The notes beneath the pieces are model-generated. The model did not search any database, was not told where the DNA came from, and saw only the letters and a program-made list of their open reading frames with translations. Of a DNA stretch of 64,000 nucleotides, positions 54,024 through 63,639 are shown in pieces. How positions within the stretch are numbered: position 1 is the first letter of the stretch; each line of letters starts with the position of its first letter. Made by a program: the position numbers and the translations under genes. The stretch lies in the IMG/VR virus record IMGVR_UViG_3300023174_000069, one strand, 5' to 3'. The DNA comes from an uncultured virus (IMG/VR IMGVR_UViG_3300023174_000069) (taxonomy: Duplodnaviria; Heunggongvirae; Uroviricota; Caudoviricetes).

Positions 54024-54968
54024 ATGTCATTTGCCGATCTAAAGAAAAATCAAGGAGTAGCAGGTCTAAAGAATCTTCAAGACGAACTTGAGAAGATGAA
54101 TAAGAAGGATTCTGCAACTTCTAGTGACGATGATAGGTTTTGGAAGCTGGCTGTTGATAAGTCTGGAGTCGGTGCAGCAGTTATCAGATTTCTTCCTGAG
54201 TCTGAGGGCGATTCTTTGCCATGGGTTTTGATGTATGAACACGCATTCAAGGGACCTGGTGGTTGGTATATTGAGAAGTCTAGAACAAGTCTAGGAAAAG
54301 GCAACCCAGATCCTGTGTTTGAGTACAACAATCAACTCTGGAACTCTGGTATTGATGCAAACAAAGAGCTTGCTAGAAAGCAAAAGAGAACGCCTCGATA
54401 CATCTCAAACATTTTAGTTCTAAAAGATCCTGCTAATCCTGAAAACGAAGGAAAGGTTTTCTTGTTTAAGTACGGTAAGAAGATCTTTCAGAAGATTCAA
54501 GAAGCTATGATTCCTGAATCTGATCCTGTAGATCAGAAAGATCCTCTAAATCCATTCTGTCCATGGAAAGGAGCAAACTTTAAGCTCAAGTGCAGAAAGG
54601 TGGATGGCTATCCTAATTATGATCAGTCAGATTTTTCAAATTCTGAGGCCATTCTTGGTGGGGATGATAAGAGAATTGAATCTCTTTGGCAAAGTCAGCA
54701 CAAGCTAACTGAGCTATTGAACCCAACTCAATTTAAGTCCTATGATGATCTAAAGAAGAGATTAGATCGAGTTTTAGGATTGAGTGCGGGAATTAAGGTA
54801 GAAGATTCAACCGCATCCGCTTCTGCAACCAAGACCACAACTAGAGCATCAGTTGCCGAAAGCGCAGCAGATGTTGGTGAGGTTACGACACAAGAAACAA
54901 CATTCTCTGATGATGAAGATATTTCGGATGATTTGTCCTATTTGCAACAGCTTGCTAATGAGGATTAA
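54024..54968 (+). CDS. 32: Single-stranded DNA-binding protein gp32
   Basis: DDRFWK, AVIRFLP, GGWYIE, FKYGKKIF, GANFKLK, NYDQS; acidic tail. Confidence 0.96.
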   Translation: MSFADLKKNQGVAGLKNLQDELEKMNKKDSATSSDDDRFWKLAVDKSGVGAAVIRFLPESEGDSLPWVLMYEHAFKGPGGWYIEKSRTSLGKGNPDPVFEYNNQLWNSGIDANKELARKQKRTPRYISNILVLKDPANPENEGKVFLFKYGKKIFQKIQEAMIPESDPVDQKDPLNPFCPWKGANFKLKCRKVDGYPNYDQSDFSNSEAILGGDDKRIESLWQSQHKLTELLNPTQFKSYDDLKKRLDRVLGLSAGIKVEDSTASASATKTTTRASVAESAADVGEVTTQETTFSDDEDISDDLSYLQQLANED

Positions 54969-54982
54969 TATACAATAGTCGA

Positions 54983-57646
54983 TTAGGTCTGCCAAGCTCT
55001 CTGAGCCGTAGGCCTCATCGACGAAGTTCCAACGTCATTAGGTCGACTTGCTGGAGTCTGTCCTCCACCCGACACACTTGTTGCATTATTTGTATTATTA
55101 ATTACTGTAGCTTGTGGTTGAGCGGAACTAGCAGACTTTTTATTTACCATATCATAGTTTGCAGGAATAACCGCAGCACCACTCATGTCGGGATTAAGAC
55201 TTGCAGTTACTACTGGTGCAGATGGTTGTATTTGCTCCGGTCTTAAAACACCACTGGCTGATATTTTTCCAGAAGCCATTTCTCCTTTAAGTTGCTGTGC
55301 ATACTGAGCCCTTCTGAGATTTTCTTGAGCGCCACCCGCATGACCTGTAGCCTTGGCTACTTGATTTATATTCGTATAGTCAAACTTAGATTTTCTATCT
55401 GCATAATATTGAGCAGATATTTTAGCAGCTATTTGAGGATCATTAGCAAGATCTGGATTGCTAATCAGATCTACTCCTAGTTTTTTACTCATAGCTGTAT
55501 AATTGTCTTTTCCGGTTAATTGAACTAGACCACGTCCTCGATATTTGTATCCTTCATCACCGGCGTTACCCATTCTTCCACCATAGATTAAATTTCCTAC
55601 AGCTTCTGGACCTTTATCGACTATTGCTTGAGCTTCTTCTAAACTTCTGACTCGCACCTTATTTCCACTTCCTGGACCATATAATTTCATAAGTGTTTTT
55701 GCGGAGTAATTTAAATTTTCGCTTTGAGCTTTAAATCCAGACTCTGCTTGTAAGTTAGCTAGAATATTTGCTTGAGCATCTGGATCTGTTATTCCCTTTG
55801 CTTGTAGTTCTGCCAACACCGCACTCTTTGTTTCATCTTTCGATAGATTTGTTCCACCGGGTGTTATACCTCCAGAACCTATCATAGGTGTTACAGGACT
55901 GGTTTGACTACCAACATTAGTTCCTCCGGCACTTTGAACTACCCCACGCTCTGCTTGTTTGGTTTGTCTGAGTTCCTGTCTAGCTTCTTTTGCGCTCTGT
56001 TGTTTTTGTCTTTGAGTGCTTAGATTGGCTCGTCTCTTTTGAGAATTTTCTTCTCTTTGTTGTATACTATCATTTCTCTCCTGCATTCTGCTTTCAATTT
56101 GTTTTTTCTCTTGATCGAGAGAATCAACTACAGAATTGGCACCAGGGATCCAATCTGCAATTTTTTTGACCCATTCTATAACTGACAATTTTATAGAGTC
56201 TACAATATTTAATACTTTGTCAATCATACTTCTGGCATTTCCCCACATATCGGAGAAAAAGTTTTTCATCATATCAAACCCGTTGTTGAAATTGTCTGAT
56301 ATCCAATAGCCAAATTCATCGAAGAATCCCGCTATGTTTTCTCCTCCTATCCACCCCATCAATCCACCAATCAGAGCACCAATAAGTCCTCCGATCGCAG
56401 TTCCTATAACTGGTATAAAACTTCCGATGCCGGCTCCCATGAGTGCCCATTTACCCATGTTTGCTATGGTTCTTTTTACTTGATTGTCTCCGGTGCCACC
56501 AAAAAATCCGCCTATAAATCCTGAGATTTTACTCACACCCCAATCTTCAGATTTTAACCATCCTGTGATACCATCTACCGTAGCCCAAACCAATCCTGTG
56601 ACGAGAGCTGTAGTTCCACTAAACAAAACTTTGCTTAGACTACCCATGGCTCCTTTAGCCACTCCACCTATTCCTTTCATATCGGGCATCATCGAGCCCA
56701 TTTTTCCTAAAAGACCTCCACCAGCTTTAGATGTTTGTGCTCCGGCTTGAGACGATGCTCCAGGAAAAAGACCCCCACCTTCCATCGAACCTTCTGCTCT
56801 ATCAAGAGCAAGTTGGTCTTGTAAATCTGCTTGTGTTTGTGATGCTTGAACTAATTTTTGTACATCGGATGCTATATGCTCTATTGGTTTAAGCTGATCT
56901 ATTATGATTAATAAAGATTCTGCGATGAAATGAACATCACTTGCTATAACACTTGAATTATTTCCATAACTTGGTCCAGACTCTTGTACTAGAGACTCTG
57001 ATAGATACCCAGATTCTCCACCAAATGGTGCCTTAGGAAGATCAAATCCTTCTGGTGCTGGAGTATCACTCTCAGAAGGGAATCCTTCTGGTGTAGTGGA
57101 TGTAGTTTGCAAAGAAGATCCGTATAAAGATCGAGCATCTCCTTTGATTATATCTTTTTGCTCTTTGCTTCTCTGCATCTTGTCTTTTACTAGCTGCGAT
57201 ATTTTACCACCAGCCATGACAGCAAGTTGCACAACAGGATTATTTTTAGTCATTCCTAATAGACTATCACCCAAGTGTGGAGCTATTTTTGATATTGCTC
57301 CACTAGCCTTGCTAAGAACTTTTCTCTTTTCGTCTATGTGCTTTTGAATTGCAAACGTAACTCTTGAGATACAAGATCGCAATACACCAGATTCTTCTTG
57401 ACCTAATTCGGCTTTTTCTAAATTTTTGTTTAGTTCTTCCGCTCTTTTAATTCTGTGTTTTAATCCATCTAATGAGTCTGATTCGGCTCCATCAAGTATT
57501 TGTTTAATTACATTTAATATTGCAGAACCAACGTCACTCTGAACATCTTTGACCGACTCAATATCTTCTGTCACACCAGCGTAAGGTCTTTCATTTTTGT
57601 CTGACAGATCGTGAATATCTTTTAGTAATTTATTTTTTAAATCCAT
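54983..57646 (-). CDS. Tape-measure / baseplate hub (gp29-like) protein with GH19-type lytic domain
   Basis: Coiled coils, Gly-rich hydrophobic segments, AESGF...ENLNYS...YKYRGRGLVQLTGKDNY; next to gp51/gp26. Confidence 0.75.
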   Translation of the reverse strand: MDLKNKLLKDIHDLSDKNERPYAGVTEDIESVKDVQSDVGSAILNVIKQILDGAESDSLDGLKHRIKRAEELNKNLEKAELGQEESGVLRSCISRVTFAIQKHIDEKRKVLSKASGAISKIAPHLGDSLLGMTKNNPVVQLAVMAGGKISQLVKDKMQRSKEQKDIIKGDARSLYGSSLQTTSTTPEGFPSESDTPAPEGFDLPKAPFGGESGYLSESLVQESGPSYGNNSSVIASDVHFIAESLLIIIDQLKPIEHIASDVQKLVQASQTQADLQDQLALDRAEGSMEGGGLFPGASSQAGAQTSKAGGGLLGKMGSMMPDMKGIGGVAKGAMGSLSKVLFSGTTALVTGLVWATVDGITGWLKSEDWGVSKISGFIGGFFGGTGDNQVKRTIANMGKWALMGAGIGSFIPVIGTAIGGLIGALIGGLMGWIGGENIAGFFDEFGYWISDNFNNGFDMMKNFFSDMWGNARSMIDKVLNIVDSIKLSVIEWVKKIADWIPGANSVVDSLDQEKKQIESRMQERNDSIQQREENSQKRRANLSTQRQKQQSAKEARQELRQTKQAERGVVQSAGGTNVGSQTSPVTPMIGSGGITPGGTNLSKDETKSAVLAELQAKGITDPDAQANILANLQAESGFKAQSENLNYSAKTLMKLYGPGSGNKVRVRSLEEAQAIVDKGPEAVGNLIYGGRMGNAGDEGYKYRGRGLVQLTGKDNYTAMSKKLGVDLISNPDLANDPQIAAKISAQYYADRKSKFDYTNINQVAKATGHAGGAQENLRRAQYAQQLKGEMASGKISASGVLRPEQIQPSAPVVTASLNPDMSGAAVIPANYDMVNKKSASSAQPQATVINNTNNATSVSGGGQTPASRPNDVGTSSMRPTAQRAWQT

Positions 57647-57777
57647 TATTCGTCAGCCTTTTTTCCATCTTTGCACCACTTATCGTCGAGAGTAGAAAAC
57701 CCAACATACGCTCCTACTATAACTTCTTTTATAGAAAGTTGACTTGTTTCCATGAGCTTGCATAGAGATACACAAGT

Positions 57778-57951
57778 CTATTTAGTCTTATTTCTGGTCT
57801 CCTGATCCTTTAGAAAAGACGCTAACATATCAACATAGATATCTAATTCGTATGGAACCATGCTTTCCAATTCTGTTAGAGAATATTTGTGATGCTGAAT
57901 CATACTGAATAGAGTCTGGTATAAAATAGCCAGATTTGTGTGATTCAGCAT
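57778..57951 (-). CDS. 51: Baseplate hub assembly protein gp51-like
   Basis: MLNHTNLAILYQTLFSMIQHHKYSLTELESMVPYELDIYVDML; not in ORF track (57 aa); coupled to gp26. Confidence 0.8.
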   Translation of the reverse strand: MLNHTNLAILYQTLFSMIQHHKYSLTELESMVPYELDIYVDMLASFLKDQETRNKTK

Positions 57952-58682
57952 TAGGCGAAAAAATTTTCTAACCCCGTCAGAACAAAGTCTTGTTCAAACT
58001 CACAGCTTTTACATTTTACATTTATCTTTTGCTGCAATTTTGGCATAGATGTTAAAAATTGCTCTATTTTGATAAACTGCTGAGAGTTCAAAGATTCCAA
58101 AAAATCTAGCCCTTCTTTAAGACTGACATCTTTGGTAGAAATTACCTTATCATCGTCGTACACACACTCGATACAAGACCAAATGATATTAAAAAAATCA
58201 TTGGGGTCAGAACTCTTTTTGGCAGTTTCTATTTTTCCCAACATCTTAGTTGTGGGATATCTTAGCATGAGCCCAATTTTATCAGTCAACTGAACTTTTT
58301 TTTCTGGTAAATTAGAAACATCAACTGCGGCTTCTCTAAGATTGATTTCTACTTCTCGATGCTTTTTACAATCTGAGCAATTAGTGTTTTCTCTGGGCAT
58401 AAATCGAATTTTTGTTGAGTCTCCCACAGAAACAATTCTAAGTTGAAGAATCAGATATTCTAAATCAAAAATTTCTAGCTTATCAATATCTATACCAGGA
58501 GTTACAATACAGTTATTTACAATCTGTTTTGTTGCTGTTGCTATATCTTCGGGATCTTCTCCGGTGAGAGCAGTCAGAAGAATTTTTTGCTCTTTTACTA
58601 GAAATGGTCGAATAGTAATTTCCTTCTTTGTCGAAGGTATTACTGCTTGGTGTGTAGCTACGTCAATTTTTGGTAAATTCAT
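57951..58682 (-). CDS. 26: Baseplate hub subunit gp26
   Basis: LPKI...PST...RPFLVKEQKILL, DLEYL.LQLR..SVG, MPKL, GLENFF. Confidence 0.9.
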   Translation of the reverse strand: MNLPKIDVATHQAVIPSTKKEITIRPFLVKEQKILLTALTGEDPEDIATATKQIVNNCIVTPGIDIDKLEIFDLEYLILQLRIVSVGDSTKIRFMPRENTNCSDCKKHREVEINLREAAVDVSNLPEKKVQLTDKIGLMLRYPTTKMLGKIETAKKSSDPNDFFNIIWSCIECVYDDDKVISTKDVSLKEGLDFLESLNSQQFIKIEQFLTSMPKLQQKINVKCKSCEFEQDFVLTGLENFFA

Positions 58683-58716
58683 ATAAACTCCATTGTATAC
58701 GATTAATTATATTTAT

Positions 58717-59388
58717 TTAGATAATAGGAATAATAGGAGTTCTTCTAGTAATAGGGTTGGGGTTTAGTGGGTTAGTTACTCCCGGGTCTCCAGGAAATAT
58801 ATTATCCAATGTACAAAGCCATCTAGCATATTCAAATTCAACAGTCACTTTAAGATATTCATCTCCGCCAGAATAACTTAATTCTTGTTCTGAAATGGAT
58901 TTAGGATACGCCTCTTCTAAAATGTAAGTTGCTAATACTTGACCTACTTTAGATATCGCATCATTATCATTACTGGTTTTTTGAATAATAACTTGTCCTA
59001 CATAATCTTTATAGTATTCCATGTATTGAGATGTTGGAGAAATAATAAATTGGTGCCAAACATCAAAAAAGGATCTTTCTACCATAGAGTTTGTGCATAT
59101 AAAAGTGATAGAAACTGGTGCATACACCACTCCATATGGCATTTCTCTTTTTGTTCCAAACATTTTATGAGGTGTTGTCATTAGTTGGCGACCCGGCAAA
59201 ACTGCGGTTTCGGCCAATAATGATACTTGTCGTGCTGCATATAATGATAAAGCCGTTCCTATAGGTCCTAAATTTCCTGTAGGAGATACCATAGAAGATG
59301 GTGGAATAATAGAACATATGTAATGACAAGGCTGTGCTGGTCCCGCCGACTTGTTAAGTATTGATTTTATAGTTTTGATATCAGTCAT
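58717..59388 (-). CDS. Tail tube initiator / tube-like protein (gp54-like)
   Basis: LPGRQ, ITF, FFDVW, YYKDYVG, AYPKSI...LSY, VTVEFEY; start at ATG 59388. Confidence 0.75.
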   Translation of the reverse strand: MTDIKTIKSILNKSAGPAQPCHYICSIIPPSSMVSPTGNLGPIGTALSLYAARQVSLLAETAVLPGRQLMTTPHKMFGTKREMPYGVVYAPVSITFICTNSMVERSFFDVWHQFIISPTSQYMEYYKDYVGQVIIQKTSNDNDAISKVGQVLATYILEEAYPKSISEQELSYSGGDEYLKVTVEFEYARWLCTLDNIFPGDPGVTNPLNPNPITRRTPIIPII

Positions 59389-59984
59389 GGTATCTCGTTT
59401 TCGGAGTCTGTCCAAACTTTTTGTCTTTTTGCACCCACAAATTTTTCTGTAGGTAAAAATAGTGCAAAATCCCATTCCGAAGGTAAAAGAGTATAAAACA
59501 TGGTTCCTATATTTCTAGTTCTATATCTTTTTATGCAAGGTTTATACATCGATAATTTACTGGTACTTTTCAGTATTTTATATGACATATTTATTTTGAA
59601 GGTTTCGTCTTTTTTAGAGAATGTTTGATATTTGTATAGTCTATCCATAAACCAAGCACGATATTTAGGAGAAAGATAATGAAAGTTAAGACCCAAAAAA
59701 CCATCGGGCAAAATCTTTAATACTAAAACCAAAGGATACAAATCATAATACGGTAGTGTGTTGGCCAATTTAGGATTATATCTGAAGGTAACTATATTAC
59801 CTATCTGCGGTTTATTTGGATATCTATTCTTATCAAATAAAGTCTGAGGATCAATGTTTTTATCACCAAACTCGGCAAAGATTTTTTTTCTGTACCACTC
59901 AAGAGCGTCTCCGGTTCTTTGTTTGAAAACATTCTTGTCAGCTATCGCTGCTATACGCTCAAATAGTGGTGCTGTATCTTTCAT
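59385..59984 (-). CDS. 2: DNA end protector gp2
   Basis: F.YNPK...LPYYDLYPLV, GFLGLNFHYL, PCIKRY, EW..A.FLPTEKF. Confidence 0.9.
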   Translation of the reverse strand: MKDTAPLFERIAAIADKNVFKQRTGDALEWYRKKIFAEFGDKNIDPQTLFDKNRYPNKPQIGNIVTFRYNPKLANTLPYYDLYPLVLVLKILPDGFLGLNFHYLSPKYRAWFMDRLYKYQTFSKKDETFKINMSYKILKSTSKLSMYKPCIKRYRTRNIGTMFYTLLPSEWDFALFLPTEKFVGAKRQKVWTDSENEIP

Positions 59985-59996
59985 TTATTTATTTAT

Positions 59997-60440
59997 TCAT
60001 TTTCCAAGAATCTTTATGCCTAAATCCTTTAGTGTATTTTCTGTCCATACTTGAAAGATTATATTCTTGGATTTAGCATGATCATTAGCTGCTTTCCATT
60101 TGGCTTGATTCTTTACATATTGAAACACTTCTGTGACATATCTTTTGCTGGTCTTGCTCGGTTTTTCGGGAAGTTTTGTGTATTTTTCGGGTTTTAATTC
60201 TATCCAATAGGTTTGTCCTGTTTGGAATGTAATAGTAAAATCTACGAAATAGCGATGGATAGCATTGTCGGTGGGACATAAATATGGAATGACTAATTCT
60301 TCGGAAGACCACTGTTTTATAGATGAGTTATTATCACACCACATCATGACAGAAAATTCCCACGAGGAGCGATAATATACATTAGTGATGTCACCAATGT
60401 ATTTGTTTGGATTTTTAATTTTAAATCGGCCTTGATGCAT
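59997..60440 (-). CDS. 4: Head completion nuclease gp4
   Basis: NPNKYIGD, YRSSWE, WSSEE, HRYFVDF, IELKP, NQAKWKAA, TE..L. Confidence 0.92.
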   Translation of the reverse strand: MHQGRFKIKNPNKYIGDITNVYYRSSWEFSVMMWCDNNSSIKQWSSEELVIPYLCPTDNAIHRYFVDFTITFQTGQTYWIELKPEKYTKLPEKPSKTSKRYVTEVFQYVKNQAKWKAANDHAKSKNIIFQVWTENTLKDLGIKILGK

Positions 60441-60442
60441 AT

Positions 60443-61396
60443 ATGTCTAAGGGATATTTAGAGTTTATAAAAAAGATGGCCGGTGCGGCCGATATAGTAA
60501 ATAAAATTGTCGCCGCAGGCGCTGCTACAGGAAATTTAAATCCAGCGGCAGGTGCAGACATACAAGCTAATCTTGATCCTGACGCAGGAACAAAATTAGA
60601 AAGCAAGAACACAGAAGATGAGCAGTGGATGAAAGATAAGGGTGCTCTTATCTACCCACAAAATTTATTTACCCCTGGACTGCAAGCATACATTTTATTT
60701 TTGATGAGAGATTCTAATCTTAGAAGCACCACGGTATACAAAAGAATTGGGATGTATATGCCTCCAGCCATAAAGGTTTCTTATGGTTCTAATTGGGAGG
60801 AAATTAATATGCCAGTTTCTCAAGCCGTAGATATGGGAAAAGATGTGGTTGATGCCGCAGGCAGCGCATTTGGTGGAACTTCCGCAGAAAAATCGTCGGC
60901 TGTTGATCTTGCATCAAATATCGCAACTTCAGGCGCAGCTAATATGGCTGACATGGCTACCGGGGGTGAAGCCTTCGGTAATTACCGAGATGTTCAAACT
61001 AGAAACACTACAAATCCTCATCAAGCTCTTCTTTTTAAAGGTGTCAGTTTTCGTGAATTTCAATTTAGTTTTGAGTTGTTAGCTAGAAGTCCAGAAGAAA
61101 GCGATAGCATACGACAAATAATAAAAACATTTAAGTGGGGTATGCATCCAGGAGGTGAACAAGATGCTTCATTTTGGTCTTATCCCAATACATTTGATGT
61201 TTATCTTCTAACACCTTCACACAAATATATGTTTAATATTTCTCAGTGTGTACTAACAAACATGGAAGTTGATTATGGCGGTTCTGGCGCCGCCAGTTTT
61301 TTCAAAAATACAGGAGCCCCAGTACATATAAATCTTAGTTTATCATTCAAAGAACTTTCAGTTCTTACCAAAAAACTTATCGAAGCCGATTATTAG
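60443..61396 (+). CDS. 48: Baseplate tail tube cap gp48-like
   Basis: MYMPP, NPHQALLFKGVSFREFQFSF, FKWGMHP, CVLTNMEVDY, LSLSFKE; start could be ATG 60476. Confidence 0.82.
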   Translation: MSKGYLEFIKKMAGAADIVNKIVAAGAATGNLNPAAGADIQANLDPDAGTKLESKNTEDEQWMKDKGALIYPQNLFTPGLQAYILFLMRDSNLRSTTVYKRIGMYMPPAIKVSYGSNWEEINMPVSQAVDMGKDVVDAAGSAFGGTSAEKSSAVDLASNIATSGAANMADMATGGEAFGNYRDVQTRNTTNPHQALLFKGVSFREFQFSFELLARSPEESDSIRQIIKTFKWGMHPGGEQDASFWSYPNTFDVYLLTPSHKYMFNISQCVLTNMEVDYGGSGAASFFKNTGAPVHINLSLSFKELSVLTKKLIEADY

Positions 61397-61398
61397 TT

Positions 61399-61929
61399 AT
61401 GAAGCATTTTGCATATTATCCTAAAATTGAATATGGCAACGAGTTAGCTGTCAATTTAATGATTAGAGGAAAAATTCGTGACGCCATATTAGAAAAATCC
61501 GCACTATACTATAGGTACATTATACAAGATGGTGATAGAGCCGACATAATTTCTACAAAATATTATGGAAACCCCAGCTATACATGGGCTATATTCTATG
61601 CTAACAATATGTTTCATCCAATACATGATTGGCCTTTGTCGCAGCTTTACTTTGCAAAATATTTAGAAAGCAAGTATGGTTCCATAGATAATACATATAG
61701 AAGTCCTCCACATCACTATGAATATGTGGATCAAGAAAAAAATGTTTATGTAATAGATAAAAAAACCTACGATCTTTATAAGACCGATCGAGATTTTCCA
61801 AAAGAAGTTAAAGAAGTATCATTTTTTGAATACGAATATCGATTAAACGAAAACAAAAGACATATTATAGTCTTAGATAAAGCATATCTCATGAACATAA
61901 CCAACGAGCTAAAAAATCTATTTAAATAA
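61399..61929 (+). CDS. 53: Baseplate wedge subunit gp53
   Basis: F..YPKIEY, Y.IQDGDRAD.IS..YYG, W.I..AN, DWP, HHYE, YE...NE.KR.I. Confidence 0.9.
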   Translation: MKHFAYYPKIEYGNELAVNLMIRGKIRDAILEKSALYYRYIIQDGDRADIISTKYYGNPSYTWAIFYANNMFHPIHDWPLSQLYFAKYLESKYGSIDNTYRSPPHHYEYVDQEKNVYVIDKKTYDLYKTDRDFPKEVKEVSFFEYEYRLNENKRHIIVLDKAYLMNITNELKNLFK

Positions 61930-61934
61930 GCATC

Positions 61935-63368
61935 ATGACTAATGCAGAGCTTCCTCGTAATGAAAATGACTATATTTTAAATTATGTGAAGATAATTTCA
62001 CATGATGGAAAAGAATATGATTTTTCGTCTCATTTTTTACAATTTACTTATGAAGAAGGAATTTTCAACGTTGGTGTTCACGGTTCCTTATTTGCTTTAG
62101 ATGCGGTCGATTATCCCACTTTGTTACCTTTAATCGGTGAAGAAAAGATTAAAATTTCTTTTACTCGTCAAGATGAAAAAGCAGAAAATGGTGGTAAGTT
62201 AGACCCCATAGAATTTGAATTGCCCATTTATAAAATGGATGGTCAAACACAAGATGCAGGTTCAAGAAAGCGTCAGGTATATACTCTGTATTTCGGATCA
62301 AAATCTATGTTTAAGAACTTAAACACTAGAGTTTTTAAGGCTTACAAAAATATACCATATTCTGAGATGATTGAAAAAATATATGATACTTATTTAAAAG
62401 ACGATAAACCACTAAAAGGTGGTCCAGGAAATACTACCCCCGAAAAAACAAAATATCCTCAGACGTACATAGTTCAAAATATGTCTCCAGCCAAGGCCAT
62501 CTCAAAGTTGTCTGCAAGATCCATTTCAGAAGAAAAAAATGGATACTATTTTGTATTTTATGAAGATAGAGATCAATTTAATTTTGTAACGTTGAGCAAG
62601 TTAGCCAAACAAGATCCTATTTCTACACTCAAATATAAATTAAAGAATGTTGCTGAACAGACTGAGGGTATGCAACACAAGCCAAAGAATCTTGAAGAAG
62701 ATTTATACAACACAGAAACCGTCAAAAATGATAATGGCTTTGATATGCTTAAATCAGCCATGTCTGGTGAAGGTTCGTCTAGCTTGTTTTCTGTAGATCC
62801 CATCAGAAGAAAGTTTTCGTTAAAAGCATTTGATCTTCGAGGAGAAGCATCAACTTCTCAGCATAAGCTACCATTAGTATCAGAATCTAATTATGATGCC
62901 ATCCCACATATGGGTAAGGGAAAACCATTCAAAGACAATAGTAGAATGTTTGTTGATCCTAGAGCAAATATGGCCATGCTTATAAGTGATAATGGGCAAG
63001 ACACTCACGAGTATATTTCTACTAGAGATGCGACTGTTACACCATATAATCCTGAAGATTTCTTTTTGCAAAGAGAGTCGCAAAAAAATCAAATGTTAAA
63101 ATATGTGATAAGAACCACACTATCGGGCGATCCCAGAATCAAAGCCGGATGTACTATACAGTTTGATATACCAGAATTTTTGGGAAAAATTGGAACTCAC
63201 GCTCCAGAAGAAAAGAGCAAATATATGCAAGGTAAGTATTTGGTTATTGCCGTGGCCCACATTGTGGAACGAGGCAAATATCGAATGAATATAGAGATGG
63301 TTAAAGACTCCTTCTTTAGCGACATCGAGTCCAGAAATCCCGTCGAGGAATACAAAGATACCTACTAA
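61935..63368 (+). CDS. Baseplate hub (gp27-like) protein
   Basis: E.IF...HG....D...LPLIGEEKI, FVFYED..FNF.TL, GDPRIKAG, GKYLV.AV.H. Confidence 0.7.
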   Translation: MTNAELPRNENDYILNYVKIISHDGKEYDFSSHFLQFTYEEGIFNVGVHGSLFALDAVDYPTLLPLIGEEKIKISFTRQDEKAENGGKLDPIEFELPIYKMDGQTQDAGSRKRQVYTLYFGSKSMFKNLNTRVFKAYKNIPYSEMIEKIYDTYLKDDKPLKGGPGNTTPEKTKYPQTYIVQNMSPAKAISKLSARSISEEKNGYYFVFYEDRDQFNFVTLSKLAKQDPISTLKYKLKNVAEQTEGMQHKPKNLEEDLYNTETVKNDNGFDMLKSAMSGEGSSSLFSVDPIRRKFSLKAFDLRGEASTSQHKLPLVSESNYDAIPHMGKGKPFKDNSRMFVDPRANMAMLISDNGQDTHEYISTRDATVTPYNPEDFFLQRESQKNQMLKYVIRTTLSGDPRIKAGCTIQFDIPEFLGKIGTHAPEEKSKYMQGKYLVIAVAHIVERGKYRMNIEMVKDSFFSDIESRNPVEEYKDTY

Positions 63369-63445
63369 TAGTTTTGTTTCTTCAAAAAATACTAGATTAA
63401 TTTTTCTGATGTGTTATATTAAGTATAGGAGGATATTAAATCCAA

Positions 63446-63637
63446 ATGTCTAATGAGTCTAATAAAAAAGTAAAAATGGAAAAAAATAAAACTGAGCTTT
63501 CAGAAGAACAAAAAAGAAAGAAGGCTCTCAGAAAGCAGAAAAAACAGATAGAAGAACAAAATAGATTTGAAGAAGCTCTTGATGAATTGTTAGAAGATCC
63601 TCAAATGTACGAGCTTCTAAAAAAATTGAAAGATTAA
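63446..63637 (+). CDS. Small charged hypothetical protein
   Basis: AGGAGG RBS, K/E-rich. Confidence 0.55.
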   Translation: MSNESNKKVKMEKNKTELSEEQKRKKALRKQKKQIEEQNRFEEALDELLEDPQMYELLKKLKD

Positions 63638-63639
63638 CT

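Noticed and set aside
483..54331. Many short minus-strand and nested ORFs in the track (e.g. 483-767, 5933-6247, 15354-15743, 25063-25425, 45106-45648)
   Set aside because: They lie antisense to or inside well-supported genes, lack RBS or motifs, and have shadow-frame composition.
57646..57753. 35-aa minus-strand ORF METSQLSIKEVIVGAYVGFSTLDDKWCKDGKKADE
   Set aside because: Plausibly a real microgene or a remnant of a membrane protein, but too short to support a call.
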